64,000 nt of DNA from Heterodontus francisci. Taxonomy: Eukaryota. Under the pieces are notes generated by a model. It was given only the letters and a program-made list of their open reading frames with translations, did no database searches and was not told the DNA's origin. Shown here piece by piece: positions 1-12,129 of the stretch. The DNA is taken from positions 18,665,408-18,729,407 of the forward strand of contig NC_090399.1 of assembly GCF_036365525.1 (NCBI RefSeq). The letters are read 5' to 3'. Each line of letters opens with the position of its first letter. Position 1 is the stretch's first letter. The position numbers were made by a program, and so were the translations under genes.

Positions 1-270
1 AAGCAGATGCTTGGGAACACTACCAACTGCAAGTTTTCTGCCAAGCCACACAACATCCTGATTTGGAATTATATTGTCGTTCCTTCACTGTGGCTGGGTC
101 AAAATCCTGTAACTCCCTTCCTCACAGCACTCTGGGTGTACCTACACCCCAAATATTGCAGCGGTTCAAGAAAACAGCTCGCCACCACGTTCTCATGGGC
201 AATTCGGGATGGGCAATAAATGCTGGCCTAGACAGTGACGCATATATCCCATGAATGAATGAAAAAAAAA
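1..270 (+). mobile_element. 3' end of a CR1/L2-clade LINE
   Basis: Ends in ...gggcaataaatgctggcc...atcccatgaatgaatg(a)n. Same family as the minus-strand copy at 2275-3575; ORFs 7..219 and 2328..2699 share GNTT.CKF...FSxAIRDGQ. Confidence 0.75.
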
Positions 271-659
271 GTAAAAATGAAGCTTCTCATATCCTGCCAC
301 GCATAGAAGAGGATATTTACCATCTGATCATCATATAAGGAGACCAGAAACATTGGTACATTGCCTGCCTTACACTTTGCCTATTGACATACTAGCATAA
401 ACGTTAGCCCTAACACACAACTCTACAATAGCAGATTTCAATTGCAAGTATCCCAGTTAAAACTCATTAATTTTTGGAAGGGATAAAGTATTCGTTAACT
501 AAGACTAATGAAGAAAACATCTCTACAGCTTAACATTTATTTTATTTTGTTTCAGCAAGAATTAATCAAGAACATTGGCACACAAATGAGAGATATTGAA
601 CAGCTGTAAAAGAATTCAACCATTTTGTCATTCGTTTTCACAATTTTGATTATTTTCAT

Positions 660-1120
660 TGCTGTATCTCCAGCTGATATTGAACTGGATCCAAATATGG
701 CAGATTCATGATCCAGTGGATGAAGAATCTACGGAACATCACTGAAATTCAAAAGAAGTAATTTGGAACCTACGTTCTATGGGCTGTTAAAGAATTCGCA
801 TGAGGAAAACACAATTGGGTGATACTGGTGGATGAAGGAACTGTTTGGTCCGTAAGTTTATTGGCAAGTTCGTCAGTGCAAATGTAACAGCCTCTCCAGC
901 AGACCAATAATGGACTATGCGGCTGTGGAACATATGGAGTAAAATCTACCAAATGAGGTCAATGGGATCCTTCGTTACAATCATTCAATTGCTCACAATA
1001 GAAATTTACGTGAACTGCATTGCAGGGATGGTGATGTTCCAATCCTGTAAATGATACTCCTGTCCACAAGTTCACTGGAAAACGTGTTGATAAACTTTAT
1101 TCTGTCGTTACAATGCGTGG
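660..1120 (+). pseudogene. Decayed B30.2 (PRY-SPRY) domain exon, TRIM/butyrophilin-like
   Basis: Manual translation across frameshifts gives motifs in B30.2 order: VSPADIELDPNMA (664), YVLWAVKEFA*GKHNWVILV (GKHNW at 804-818), IEIYVNCIAGMVMF (998), VHKFTGKRVDKLYSVV (to ~1110). These resemble the family motifs LTLDPxTA, VLGxEGFxSGKHYWEV, IGVYLDYExGxVSFY and HTFxxxFxEKLYP. Contains stops and at least three frameshifts. Confidence 0.65.
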
Positions 1121-1164
1121 CCCTCAGGCACGGTGGATAGAGGAGAACTCGTATAGAATGTTCA

Positions 1165-1700
1165 TTGTACATGAAGAACGCTTATGGGCATCGCACTTCA
1201 GGAAGGATATGTTGTCTTGGAGGAGTGCAGTGCAGAGTCAGTAGATTAATATAGGAGAATTGAGGTTTACATTCTGAGGAGAAGTTGCATAAATGTGGCT
1301 TATATACCCTTAATGACAAGAGATTGGAGAGGAACCTGAACGAAGTGTTTAAAATATTAAATAGATAAGATAGGGTAGTTATGATGAAACTAATTCTTCT
1401 GGTATGGGAACTAGAAAATCAAGAACAATGGGGCATAACCTTAAAGTTAGACCTAGTTGTGCAGAATCGAGTCAGGAAGCATTTGAAAGGTTTTTTGCTA
1501 GGACAATTTGAGTATCCACATTATGACAGATAGACGTTTATTAGGCAAAAGAATCAAGGAATGTGGAGAAAAGGCGGGAAAAATGGAGTTTAGGTGCATG
1601 ATCAGCGCAGATCTAATTGAATACTGGGGCAGGTTCGATGGCAAGAATTCCCTACTCCTACTCCTAATGTTTCTGCCTTCTATTCCGATATTCTAGCATT
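1165..1700 (+). mobile_element. Degraded CR1 LINE 3' fragment
   Basis: Resembles the ORF2 C-terminus and 3' UTR of the CR1 copies at 17420-18070 and 63050-63600, and ends in cctactcctactcctaatgtttct. Confidence 0.65.
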
Positions 1701-1819
1701 AGAAATCCCGAGTTACACTGTAGGATGGTAGAGTACTAAGTTTCAAATTGTCCATTCGAGATGTTGCTAAATGCTATTTGAATGAGGGGCCAATTCCTTC
1801 AATTTAATGTAGAAACACC

Positions 1820-2240
1820 TGCCTGTTCCCTTGATTATTGAATCACCTATCACTATAGCTCTTCCACTCTACCTGATACCCAAATGTGCTTCTGTGCTAC
1901 CCGTGATGCCTTGGACTTTGCTCTGGCTGCACTCCCCAGATGCAACATCACTCTCCTCTGTGTTCTGAACTGAATTCGTGTTGGAGAGTGAGATGCATTA
2001 AGGGGTCTCCTGAACTACCAGCCTGTTTCTTTCTGACTGCTTGGTGGTCACTCGCTCCCACTCTTCCTGCATATTCTGAGGCTGTGGAGTGACCACATGT
2101 ATAAATGTGCTATCCACGTGGCTCTCATCCTTACGAATGCACCGCTGTGTCGCCAGCTGCCGCTCAAGTTCCAAAACCCGGAGTTTAAGCTGCTGCAATT
2201 GACGACAATTCCTGCATTTCCTGAAATCTTCCTCATCTTT
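1820..2240 (-). mobile_element. CR1 LINE ORF1 fragment
   Basis: ORF 1998..2249 (CRNCRQLQQLKLRVLELERQL...VDSTFIHVVTPQ) looks like the Cys-motif plus leucine-zipper N-terminus of CR1 ORF1. Confidence 0.6.
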
Positions 2241-2274
2241 GCCATTCACTATTGTTTCCCCAGCCTATATTAGG

Positions 2275-3575
2275 ATTTTGTTTCTTATTTATTCAGGGAA
2301 TGTGCGTGTTGCTGACTTGGACAGCATTTATTGCCCATCCCTAATTGCCCTTGAGAATGTGCTGGTGAGCTGCCTTCTTAAACTGCTGCAGTCCATGTGG
2401 TGTAGATACGCCCAGAGTGCTGTTAGGAAAGGAGTTCCAGGATTTTGACCCAGCGACAGTGAAGGAACGGCGATATAGTTCCAAGTCAGGATGGTGTGTG
2501 ACTTGAAGGGGAATTTGCAGGTGGTGGTGTTCCCATACATTTGCTGCCCTTGTCCTTCTAGTTGGTAGAGGTCACGGGTTTGGAAGGTGCTGTCTAAGGA
2601 GCCTTGATGCGTTGCTGCAGTGCATCTTGTAGATGCTACACACTGCTGCCACTGTTCGTTGGTGGTAAAGGGAGTGCATGTTTGTGGATTGGGTGCCAAT
2701 CAAATGGGCTACTTTGTCCTGGATAGTGTTGAGTTTCTTATGTGTTGTTGGAGCTGAAACCATCCTGGCAAGTGGACAGTATTCCATCACACTCCTGACT
2801 TGTGCCTTTTTAGATCGTGGACAGGCTTTGGGGATTCAGGAGGTGAGTTACTCACCGCAGGATTCCTAGCCTCTGAATTGCTCTTGTAGTCATAGTATTT
2901 ATCTGGCTACTCCAGTTCAGTTTCTGGTCAATGGTAACCCCTAGGATGTTGATAGTGGGGTAGTCAGCAATTGCAATGCCATTAACGTCAAGGGGAGATG
3001 GTTAGATTCTCTCCTGTTGGAGATGGTCATTTTCTGGCACTTATATGGCGCAAATGTTACTTGCCACTTATCATCCCAAGCCTGGATATTGTCCAGGTCT
3101 TGCTGTAGTTCTACAAGGACTACTTCAGTATCTGTGGAGTCACGAATGGTGCTGAATATTGTGCAAACATCAGCGAACGTCCCCACTTCTGACCTTATGA
3201 TTGAAGAAAGTTCATTGATGAATCAGCTGAAGCTGGTTGGGCCTAGGACATTACCCTGAGGAACTCTGGCAGTGACGTCCTGGCGCTGAGATGATTGACC
3301 TCCAACAACCACAACCATATCCCTTTGTGCTAGGTATAACTGCAACCAGCTGAGAGCTCCCCCCGGCATCTCCCCCCAACCCACCCTCAGGTTCCCATTG
3401 ACTCCAGTTTTGCTAGGGCTCCTTGATACCATAGTCAGTCAGAGGTTGCCTTGATGTCAAGGGCAGTCAGTCTCACCTCACCTCTGGAGTTCAGCTCTTT
3501 TGTCCGTGTTTGAACCAAGGCTCTAATGAGGTCAGGACCTGAGTGGCCCCGGCGCAACCCAAACTGCATGTCAGT
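2275..3575 (-). mobile_element. CR1/L2-clade LINE, 3' part of ORF2 (reverse transcriptase) and tail, disrupted
   Basis: RT motifs VPQGNVLGP (ORF 3223..3432) and FADxCTIF...QQDLDNIQAWDDKWQVTF (ORF 2941..3186). The tail matches 1-270. Confidence 0.85.
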
Positions 3576-3829
3576 TAGACATGAAAAAGGAGGCCATTCT
3601 GCCCCTCGAGCCTGTTATACAGGAACAAGAAGTGGCCATTCCTTCGCTGTGAAATTCCCTTCCGCCACTTTGCCACTCCACCCAACCTTCCTCCTGTAAG
3701 ATACTCCTTAATTTCTACCTCTTTGAAAAGGCTTTCGGTATTCTCACCCACTATCTCTTTATTTGGCTCCTTGAGATGTTTTGTAATGTTAAAGGCACTA
3801 GATGCATCTAATTTGCTGCCGCTGTTGCT

Positions 3830-4150
3830 GTTGAACAGCAGGAGGCAATTCAGTCCCGCAGGCCTGATACACAAGAACAGCAGAAGGCCATTCAGCCTGT
3901 TGAGCCTTTTACACAGGAATGGGAGAAGGCCATTCAGCGCCGCAACCCCGTTACACATAAACGGGTGTAAGCCACTCAGCACCTTGAGTCTGCTACATAA
4001 AATAGAAGGAGTCGATTCAGCCCCATAACCCTGGTACACATAAACAGATGGAGGCCATTCAATTCCTCGAGGCTGGGACAGGAGGAGACTATTCAGCTAC
4101 TTGAGCCTCGTACACACAAGCAGAAGAAGGCCATTCAGTCCTGTTACATA
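3830..4150. repeat. Degenerate 42-bp tandem repeat resembling a CR1 3' terminal motif
   Basis: ggccattcag-like core recurs at ~3844, 3886, 3928, 3970 and 4011. Related units also occur at 3590-3645. Confidence 0.7.
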
Positions 4151-4479
4151 CGCACATAAGGATGCCCATGGGAGTGCGGTGACGGGTGCAAGTAAGGAGA
4201 CAGTCGTGGGAGTGATGGGCAGTTTCTACAATAACAGTTTAACTCACAAGCTCGCTGAAGTGCAGCTACTGACTATGCTTATTTCATAGACTCCCTGGTG
4301 GAGAGTCCCTGTAGACACCGAGGGGTCCACTGACCCCATTGTAAGAATCATTACATTAGGAGAAAAGATCGAACGCTGGGTCAAAGAATGGGGTTTAATG
4401 AGGGGAGGGAGATGGGAGGAATTAGGAATGGTTTCCGAGAGTAGACCTCTGTCAGCTAAAAACATGGTCGCTAATTGTA

Positions 4480-4820
4480 GCATGCTGGTTATGTTACTGG
4501 CTTAGTGATCCAAAGATCTGGACACGAGTTCAAAACCATGGTAGCTGGGAAATTTAAATTCAGACAATTCAATAAATCTGGAATAAAAATCTCATGTTAG
4601 CTGTGGTGACCCTGAAACTACAGGACTGTTGTAAAAAACCGTCCAGTTCACAAATGTTCTTCGGGGGAGGAAATTTGCCTTCCTTACCCAGTCTGCCCTA
4701 CATGTAACTCCAGACCATTAATAATGTGGCTGACTCTTAACTGACCCTCTGAGATGGCCTAGCAAGCCACTCAGTTCTAAGAAGGTGCCGCACTATCACC
4801 TTATCAAAAGAATTAGCTGA
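4480..4820 (+). mobile_element. SINE-like element
   Basis: ggttatgttactgg...gagttcaaa (A-box/B-box-like head) followed by a body related to the reversed copies at 24510-25235 and 33020-33330. Confidence 0.5.
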
Positions 4821-4879
4821 ATTGGGGGGGGGGGGGAGCGGGGGATGTGAGTTGAAGAGCGTGGAGGATAGCAAAATAC

Positions 4880-6500
4880 AGCAATAAAAAATTGCATTTA
4901 TATAACGTCTTTAACATAGCAACAGATCCCAAGGCATTTCACTGAGCTATAATCAGACAGAAAATGCCCCTCAGACAAAGAAGGAGATATTCACAGGAGT
5001 GACCATCAGCTCAGTCAAAAAGAAGAGATGCTTGGATGGACTGAAAGGAGGAGAGGGGTGAGAGGTGAAGGGGATTAAGGAGGGAATCCTAAACTATTCA
5101 GGCCGAGATGGCTGAAGGCACGGTTGACAATTCTGGGGAAAATGGAGGGAAGATGCACAAGCAGCCACAGTACAAGGAATAAAAAGAAGGGAGGGAGTGA
5201 CTGTAGGGCTGGAGGAGGTTACACAGATAGGGTTGGGGACGGACTTACAAATGAGGATGGATAACAGAGAGACAGTGGGAGTGGTCTCGAGAGAGGGTGT
5301 CAAGGGGTAAAGCTGGTGCTGTCCGTGTACATGTAACAGCTGATCCCATATCTGCAGATGAGAGAGCCAATGGGAAGCTTGCAGATGAGCAAGAAGGTAT
5401 AGAGTAATATAGATCCTTGTAAATTAACAAAGGCTATCATGAAGAAGACATTGCTGGAGATTCCCTGGTTCCCATTGGATTGAAAAGAGTGGGAATAAGC
5501 AAGGGGATTCCCACTAAAAAGTCCGTGTCAGAGGAATGAAGAGGTAATGGATTAGTGGAGAGGATGGAGAATCTGGAGCTGACAAATGTGCGATTGAGGA
5601 TTTCAGTGCCTGATGGATTGAGGCAGGGGAGGAGGCTGGTGAGGTTATGGAGACAGAAGGATACGTCTTGTGTGGTGGAGAGGATGTGAGGTCAGTATCA
5701 TAGATCAGGAGTGAATAGGGATCAGAAATTAAACATTATCATATTTAGCCTCAGAGAACAGCCAGGAAGAGGGATGGAATTGGTGACAAGTGTAAGGAGT
5801 TTCTGGTGGAGCCAAACGTGGAGACTTCACTCTTCCCCATGTTTAATTGGAGCAAATTGCAGCTCATGGGAAACAGACTGTTCCAGTCTGGGAACACTGA
5901 GGCAGCGGAGTGTCGGGAGAGACGGTGGAGAGCTGGAGCTGGGTACTGTCAGAACGCTTGTGGAAGCTGACCCCATGTCTGTAGATGATGTCGCCATTGG
6001 ACAGCATGTAGATGAGGAAGCTGAGGAAGTGAAAATGGGAAATTCAGGGACTCCAGAGGTAACGGTGCTGGTATGGGATGAGAAGCCATTGCTGGAGATG
6101 CTTTGGTTACAATCAGATCAGTAAGAATGGAACCAAGCGACGGCAGTCCCATTGAAAGAGGCCAGAGGTATGGACAGATCTTGTATGGATTCGCAGCAAG
6201 TTTCGAGGAGAGGCTGGAGTTGGGCAGAGGTGAGGACATGTAGGGATTTTTAACCAAGGATAATCATTTTAAATTTAAGATGATGGGTTACTGGGAAACA
6301 ATGTGGGCCAGTGAGGGTGAGGGTGATGGGTGAGTGGAAGTTGCTGTGTGAAGTTGGAGGTTGGGTGTCCGGTCAGGACTGAACTGGAGGAATGGAATCA
6401 GGAGGTGACATGATTCTAATTTTACTGCAACCATGAACAAGGATAAAGATCTGCAGTGAAATAGGAGAAAGAGGAATGTCAACGGGACAAATTCAGTGTC
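4880..6500 (-). mobile_element. Old L2-type LINE fragments
   Basis: Reversed L2-like tail (ttgcatttatataacgtcttt...cccaaggcatttc) and purine-rich plus strand. The 5950-6130 segment resembles the L2 RT region also seen at 47170-47360. Confidence 0.55.
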
Positions 6501-6909
6501 CATCCCCTAATATCACTCACAGTCATTTCTAGGTTGCAATCTGACACGTGGTCTTTAACTGTCCCTGTGTCAGAGACACAGTTCATATTTTATCTGGAAA
6601 ACTGGTGGGACAGAGTGAAACTGGTCTGTTTGTCTGCATTCAGTGTAAATTGCAGGGAAATCAGTAACATTTATCATTGAATCGACAGGAGTGAACATGG
6701 TCAATAGAATTATATGGAAACTGTAAATGACGCAGCTCATTATTGTGGGATCAGTCCTGTATGAATACAGTTTTCAGCTTTATTCCTGAGAGAGGTCTAA
6801 CTAAGGTAATGTACTGGACATTGAGATGCGTGTGCTTTATCCATCACATTACTTACAAAGCTGCTGACATAATGTGTTTGTACAAGTGAAAACAACTAAT
6901 AGCAATGAT

Positions 6910-6957
6910 CAGGGGGATAACCATGTCAGTGGAGACTTATCCCCTGTATACATCAGG
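6910..6957 (+). promoter_or_regulatory. Candidate proximal promoter of gene A (inverted GGGGATAA/TTATCCCC pair and TATA-like GTATACAT)
   Basis: TATACA at 6947-6952 lies about 90 nt upstream of the ATG at 7038, the same spacing as TATAAA in gene B. Positional inference only. Confidence 0.3.
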
Positions 6958-7037
6958 ACCCATTGAAATGGATCAGCTCCGTGTGCCTGCCGGAGCTGTG
7001 GTTTCCAGACCAACAGAAGTCATTGCTTCTCACAGAA

Positions 7038-7107
7038 ATGGGACATACAGTAATGAGTCAGATAGGACCCATTTACTATCCTATTCTTGCGGTTGTTGGA
7101 GTTCCTG
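7038..7107 (+). CDS. GPR139-like: GPR139-like GPCR gene A, coding exon 1 (MGHTVMSQIGPIYYPILAVVGVP + G)
   Basis: ATG at 7038, 70 nt, phase-1 donor CCTG/gtaag. Splices in frame to 20577 to give ...GVP-V-NLLAIV, restoring TM1 (compare GPR139 YYSLLLCLGLPAN). Predicted protein 326 aa, intron 7108-20576. No other exon-1 candidate was found within the intron. Confidence 0.75.
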
Positions 7108-8934
7108 GTAAGCTGTTAACTCAGCTGTTAATTTTGGAAACAGTGTTAATTGCGCTGCTGCAATCTGTATTATTTCTAACTGTGTGTTTAACACAGCTGC
7201 CTGTTCTATTCCAGCAGTTGAATGATGGAATATGCTCAGTCTCTGTACTTTCAGTCTTCCAGGAGCTGGATTTTATCTGTAACGATCTTTGTTTATCCCA
7301 CGCTGGTATTGTTTCTAGATTGTTCACTGCAATGAATGTATTAGGATCAGATGTCTGGAATAGGAGCAGCAGTCAGACCATCAGCAGCTGTTAACAGTTT
7401 CATGTTGTGGAACTAACCTGTACTGAATATTGTTACGAGTGTGTTTTTAGTGATTGACAATGAGACAGCTCACAGGCTCAGTGGTAAAAGGAGGTAGTTC
7501 AATCTTCGACCTCCCCAATAACATGGTTCAGTGTAACTGGGATTTCAATGTATTTATTGGTTATCGCAGTTATGAAATATTATTCCATTCTGTGTGTGTC
7601 TGATTTTGCTTCAGGGGTCAGGTTAGTGAACTAAGATTGCTGCTGACTCTTTCACATCTCCTTCTCTGCCTCACTGTGGGTGAAATCACTGTCACTGGGT
7701 TACATTGTAAAATGAAATGTGTTGATGTGATGTTGTATCAGTCTTCAATGTATCTGTTGGAATCATGAGTCCTTCTATTTATCTGTATATAAGTAGCAGC
7801 AATGATATTAGTGTTTTATGAGCTAAACAATCCCACCGTCTATGATGATTTATAATTCCAGGAGTAGGAATTGTAATGATTGTGAGGTGTGTTTGGAAGA
7901 GAATTTCAATTCTGTTTATTCCATGCCTTGTATACGAAATGAACAGTGTAGGTGAGCAGGTGGAGATTTGTGCGATCTGTAGGAACATTGAAATATTCAG
8001 AGGCCTCACCATTGAACAAATTGACTCTGAGAATAGGATCACTGAACAGGGGGCTGGTGAACAGAATACAGGCTCATGGTATTATGATGGAAAGGGATGG
8101 GAAAAGGATCATTAAGAGAGAGTACCAGATTGTGGAGAGCTAGAGGGAGGAGTGATAGAGAAAGAGACCTGAGGGAGTGGGAGAAAACATGCAAGAAGAG
8201 AGAGAGTGTGTGATAGCGGTGAGAATAATTCATTAGAATGAGCTGATGATCTTCCAGTACAATCCTGATGAGCAAATGTGAGATGAAGGTGTTATTAGAA
8301 TGTTGCCAGATTCTGAGAGTTTCATTGTACTGACTATGTTTATCATTTTCCGGTCCTCAGTCTGTTTCGCTGAATGTTGCTTCTTTCTTATTGACTGACT
8401 GAATACATGTACTTATAGAATATAACGCGAGATTTATTGTTCGTAATGTAAAACATAAGAATGAATCATAAGAAATAGGAGCTGGAGTAGGCCATTCAGC
8501 CCATTGAGTCTGCTCCACAATTCAACAACATCATGGTTGATCCATGGCCTCAACTCCACATTGCTGTAAAATTCTGCGTGAACCTGAGCTTCTGGTCACT
8601 TGTCACTTTAATTCTACATCCTGCGCTCAGTTTGACCTCTCTATCCTTGACCTCCAACGCCATTCCACAGGAACAGAACTGAATTTTTCAATTACACATT
8701 TTGCCGGTCGAAATCAAAATTGAGATTAAACAATTCAGATTATAAACACTGTTCCCATTTTCTGGGATGGCCTGTGGTGGTAATGGAGCATGGTTACACC
8801 AGAGTCACTGGGGCATTAATTTTATCATTCCTCTAGGGATGGACAGGGAGGTTGGGAGGAAGGTGCTGCCTACAGAATTACGAGGGAAGACGAGGGGTGC
8901 AGTGTATGTCACCCTTCCGACTTCATTCAGTTTA

Positions 8935-9905
8935 ACAAAGAACAGTACAGCACAGGAACAGGCCATTCGGCCCTCCAAGCTTGCGCTGATCTTGATGGCT
9001 GTCTAAACTAAAACCTTCTGCACTTCCACACACCATATCCCACTATTCCCATCCGATTTATGTATTTGTCAAGATGCTTCTTAAACTTCGCTATCGTACC
9101 TGCTTCCACCACCTCCCCCAGCAGCAAGTTCCAGGCACTCACCACCCTCTGAGTAAAGAACTTGCCTCGCACATCCCCTCTAAACTTTGCCCCTCGCACC
9201 TTAAACCTATGTCCCCTAGTAACTGACTCTTCCACCCTGGGAAAAAGCTTCTGACTATCCACTCTGTCCATGCCACTCATAACTTTATAAACCTCTATCG
9301 TGTCGTCCCTCCACCTCCGTCATTCCAGTGAAAACAATCCGAGTCTATCCAGCCTCTCCTCATAGCCAATGCCCTCCAGACCAGGCAACATCCTGGTAAA
9401 CATCTTCTGTACCCTCTCCAAAGCCTCCACGTCCTTCTGGTAGTGTGGCGACCAGAATTGCACGCAATATTCCAAGTGTGGCCTAACTGAGGTTCTGTAC
9501 AGCTGCAGCACGACTTGCCAAATTTTATACTCTATGCCCCGACCGATGAAGGCAAGCATGCCGTATACCTTCTTGACTACCTTATCCACATGTGTTGCCA
9601 CTTTCAGTGACCTGTGGAGCTGTATGCCCAGATCTCTCTGCCTGGCAATATTCCTAAGGGTTCTGCCATTTACTGTATACTTCCCATCTGTATTAGATCT
9701 TCCAAAATGCATTACCTCACATTTGTCCGGATTAACCGCCATCTGCCATTTCTCCGCCCAAGTCTCCAACCAATCTATATCCTGACGTATCCTCTGACAA
9801 TCCTCATCACTATCCGCAACTCCACCAAACTTTGTGTCATCCACAAACTTACTAATCAGAACAGCTACATTTTCCTCCAAATCATTTATATATACTACAA
9901 ACAGC
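8935..9905 (-). mobile_element. 5'-truncated CR1 LINE
   Basis: ORFs 9320..9952 (YINDL...KFVDDTK...RPHLEYCVQFWSP) and 9008..9280, plus the reversed tail aaagaacagtacagcacagg. Closely similar to 54010-54988. Confidence 0.92.
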
Positions 9906-10559
9906 ACCTGCAGTCGGGAACAGGGAAGGTCGAGTATGGCCTTCATACCCAAAGGCTAATTGAGGCCCTTATGTGGCGATTTACTGGTCCCATAAGGATC
10001 TCGACCGGTCACTGCTGATAATTTACAAGCGGCTGTTGGAATTTCTGCCACGTGAAGAGGCCGACCAGTAAAACCAGGCGGTCTCCATGTGGGCTAGTGG
10101 GTGCGTGGCCCTCTTGCTGGGGCAATCTGTGGCCCACAGAGGGCCCCAGTTGCAAATGCTGCACCTGTGCCAACACCCACCCCAATGCCCACCACAACCC
10201 ACCTCCCTCCGGATTGGCCCCGACGCTCCTACTCCCTCTTTCCTGTAGTCTGAGGCTCCAGCGTTGCTCCTGGTCCAGAGCATCATGCAGTTCCAGCAGT
10301 GGCCACCGGTTCTGGTGGCGCCGATGGCCTGCTGGGCTGCCGGCCCTCTGATTGGCCGCTTCTCTTGATGGCGGGATCCCCATCCTTAAAGGGATGGAGA
10401 ACACGGCGCCGAGCAGTTAATTGCCTATGCGCTGATAAATACAGACGGGGGTTCCCCAGAATGGCCGAAGCACGTTCCGTCATCTTTCTGGCCCAAGAGT
10501 CAGCAAAGTGTCCTAATGTTGCTTCAGGGGTTTCCATCCTGCCTGCCAATCCTCTGTGA

Positions 10560-10960
10560 CTGACAGCAGTCAGAGATGGATGGACACAGAGATGGAGAGG
10601 GGGATGGCGACAGATAGGGCAGAGGGGGATGGATACACAGCGGGAGAGAGGGGATGGGCACACAGGCGAGAGGGGGGATGGACACAGAAGGGGGATGGGG
10701 GATGGACACAGAGAAGTGAGGTGGATGGACACAGAGTGGGAGAGTGGGATGGAAACAGAGGGGTAGTGGGGGATGGAAACAGAGGGGGATGGAGACGGGG
10801 GAAGGGGGAGGCGGATGGAAACAGAGGGGGAGGGGGGATGGGCACAGAGGAGGGTGAAGGGGATGGACACAGAGGGGGGAGAGAAGGTGATGGACTCAGA
10901 GGGGGAGTGAGGGGGATGGTGTCATATAGGGGACAAACACAGTGGGGGTGGTGGTGATGG
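10560..10960. repeat. G-rich minisatellite, ~23-bp unit (ggggatggacacagag...)
   Basis: Repeated gatgg(a/g)(c/a)acagag cores; accounts for the Pro/Ser-rich and Gly-rich ORFs here. Confidence 0.8.
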
Positions 10961-12129
10961 ATACAGTGACAGTTATGGAAACAAAGGCGGTGGATAGAGG
11001 GAGAGAGAGTGCTCACTATCACTCCTACCAGATGGACATATATCTGACATCTCCGCATTTCTACATTAAGTGTGGGGGCAATATTGACTACTTATGCAAG
11101 CAAAATCATTGCCAGGTATCTCACTGTATATGGAGAAATGTATTTTCAAGCATTTGTGTTTTGATGGCATTCGTTTGGTTATACACTTTATATACAGATT
11201 AGTTGCCTCCATGTCTGTAGCTGCGTCAAAACTTTTGTCAAATATCCGTAGTACAACATGTCGGTATCTATCACTGTTCTGGCCCAGTGTAGCAATCCCT
11301 GTTGGCTATATAGAATCCCTCCCTGGGAGTGGAGGGGGTGTGAGCTGGTGTTTGAGGTGGGGGATTCCGTATTGGCAGGTGGTCCACATCCTTGGGCTCG
11401 ATCTGCCATTCTCTATCACTTTTCCAGGCCACTGGAGCCTTCTCCTCTTTTCCAGATTTTCCATGTTTTTCTCTCCCTCTGTTGTTCTGCTGGAATCATT
11501 TACACCTCACCTGGGCACATTTTCTGTTTCTTTAATTGTCCAATTCACCTCACTCCGTCATCCCTTTTGTCATTGAATCACACCTGCCCTGCACCCGATC
11601 ACAGACCTTCCCCTTTGTTCTTTCCTCCCCTTATATCCCAGTTTTCACTGTCTCTATCATTGCTTTAAAGCTGTTAATTTCCAATATCTTCCAATTCTGA
11701 TGAAAGGTTATTGACCTGAAACTTTGGGCTAAATTGTACCAGCCCTATGATGTCGGGGCTGTGGCAGGGGGGCCCGAAACATTCTAGAGGGTGAGGCCCG
11801 CCGGCCACCCCAGACGTCGCATGTGTCCCGTCCCATTTTACCATCAGTGGCGGAACCTCGGTGCAGACGTCCACCCCCACTTCTCCGCCTCCTACCCCAC
11901 CAACCATCCCTCCTCCCCCCGCTGCTCGTCGGTGAAACCCGAATTTAAGTATGTGAAACGCGAATTAACTTGCCTGATTCTGCATCCTGCTGCTGTTCAC
12001 TCCTTATTCTTGATTTTTCACGGAACCTGCGGCTGTTAGGTTCTATCCCATTCATCAATAAGAGAAGCTGGTTGGACAGCAGAAGAGGGAGCAATCGCTG
12101 ACAGAGCAAGTAAATCTTTCTCAACCGGA

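Noticed and set aside
6963-7394. 143-aa hydrophobic ORF
   Set aside because: Only 7038-7107 is receptor-like. The rest is 5' flank and read-through past the gtaag donor.
7548-7633. MYLLVIAVMKYYSILCV as a possible additional exon 1
   Set aside because: It lacks the GVP/gt ending and a phase-compatible donor, so the resemblance is probably chance.
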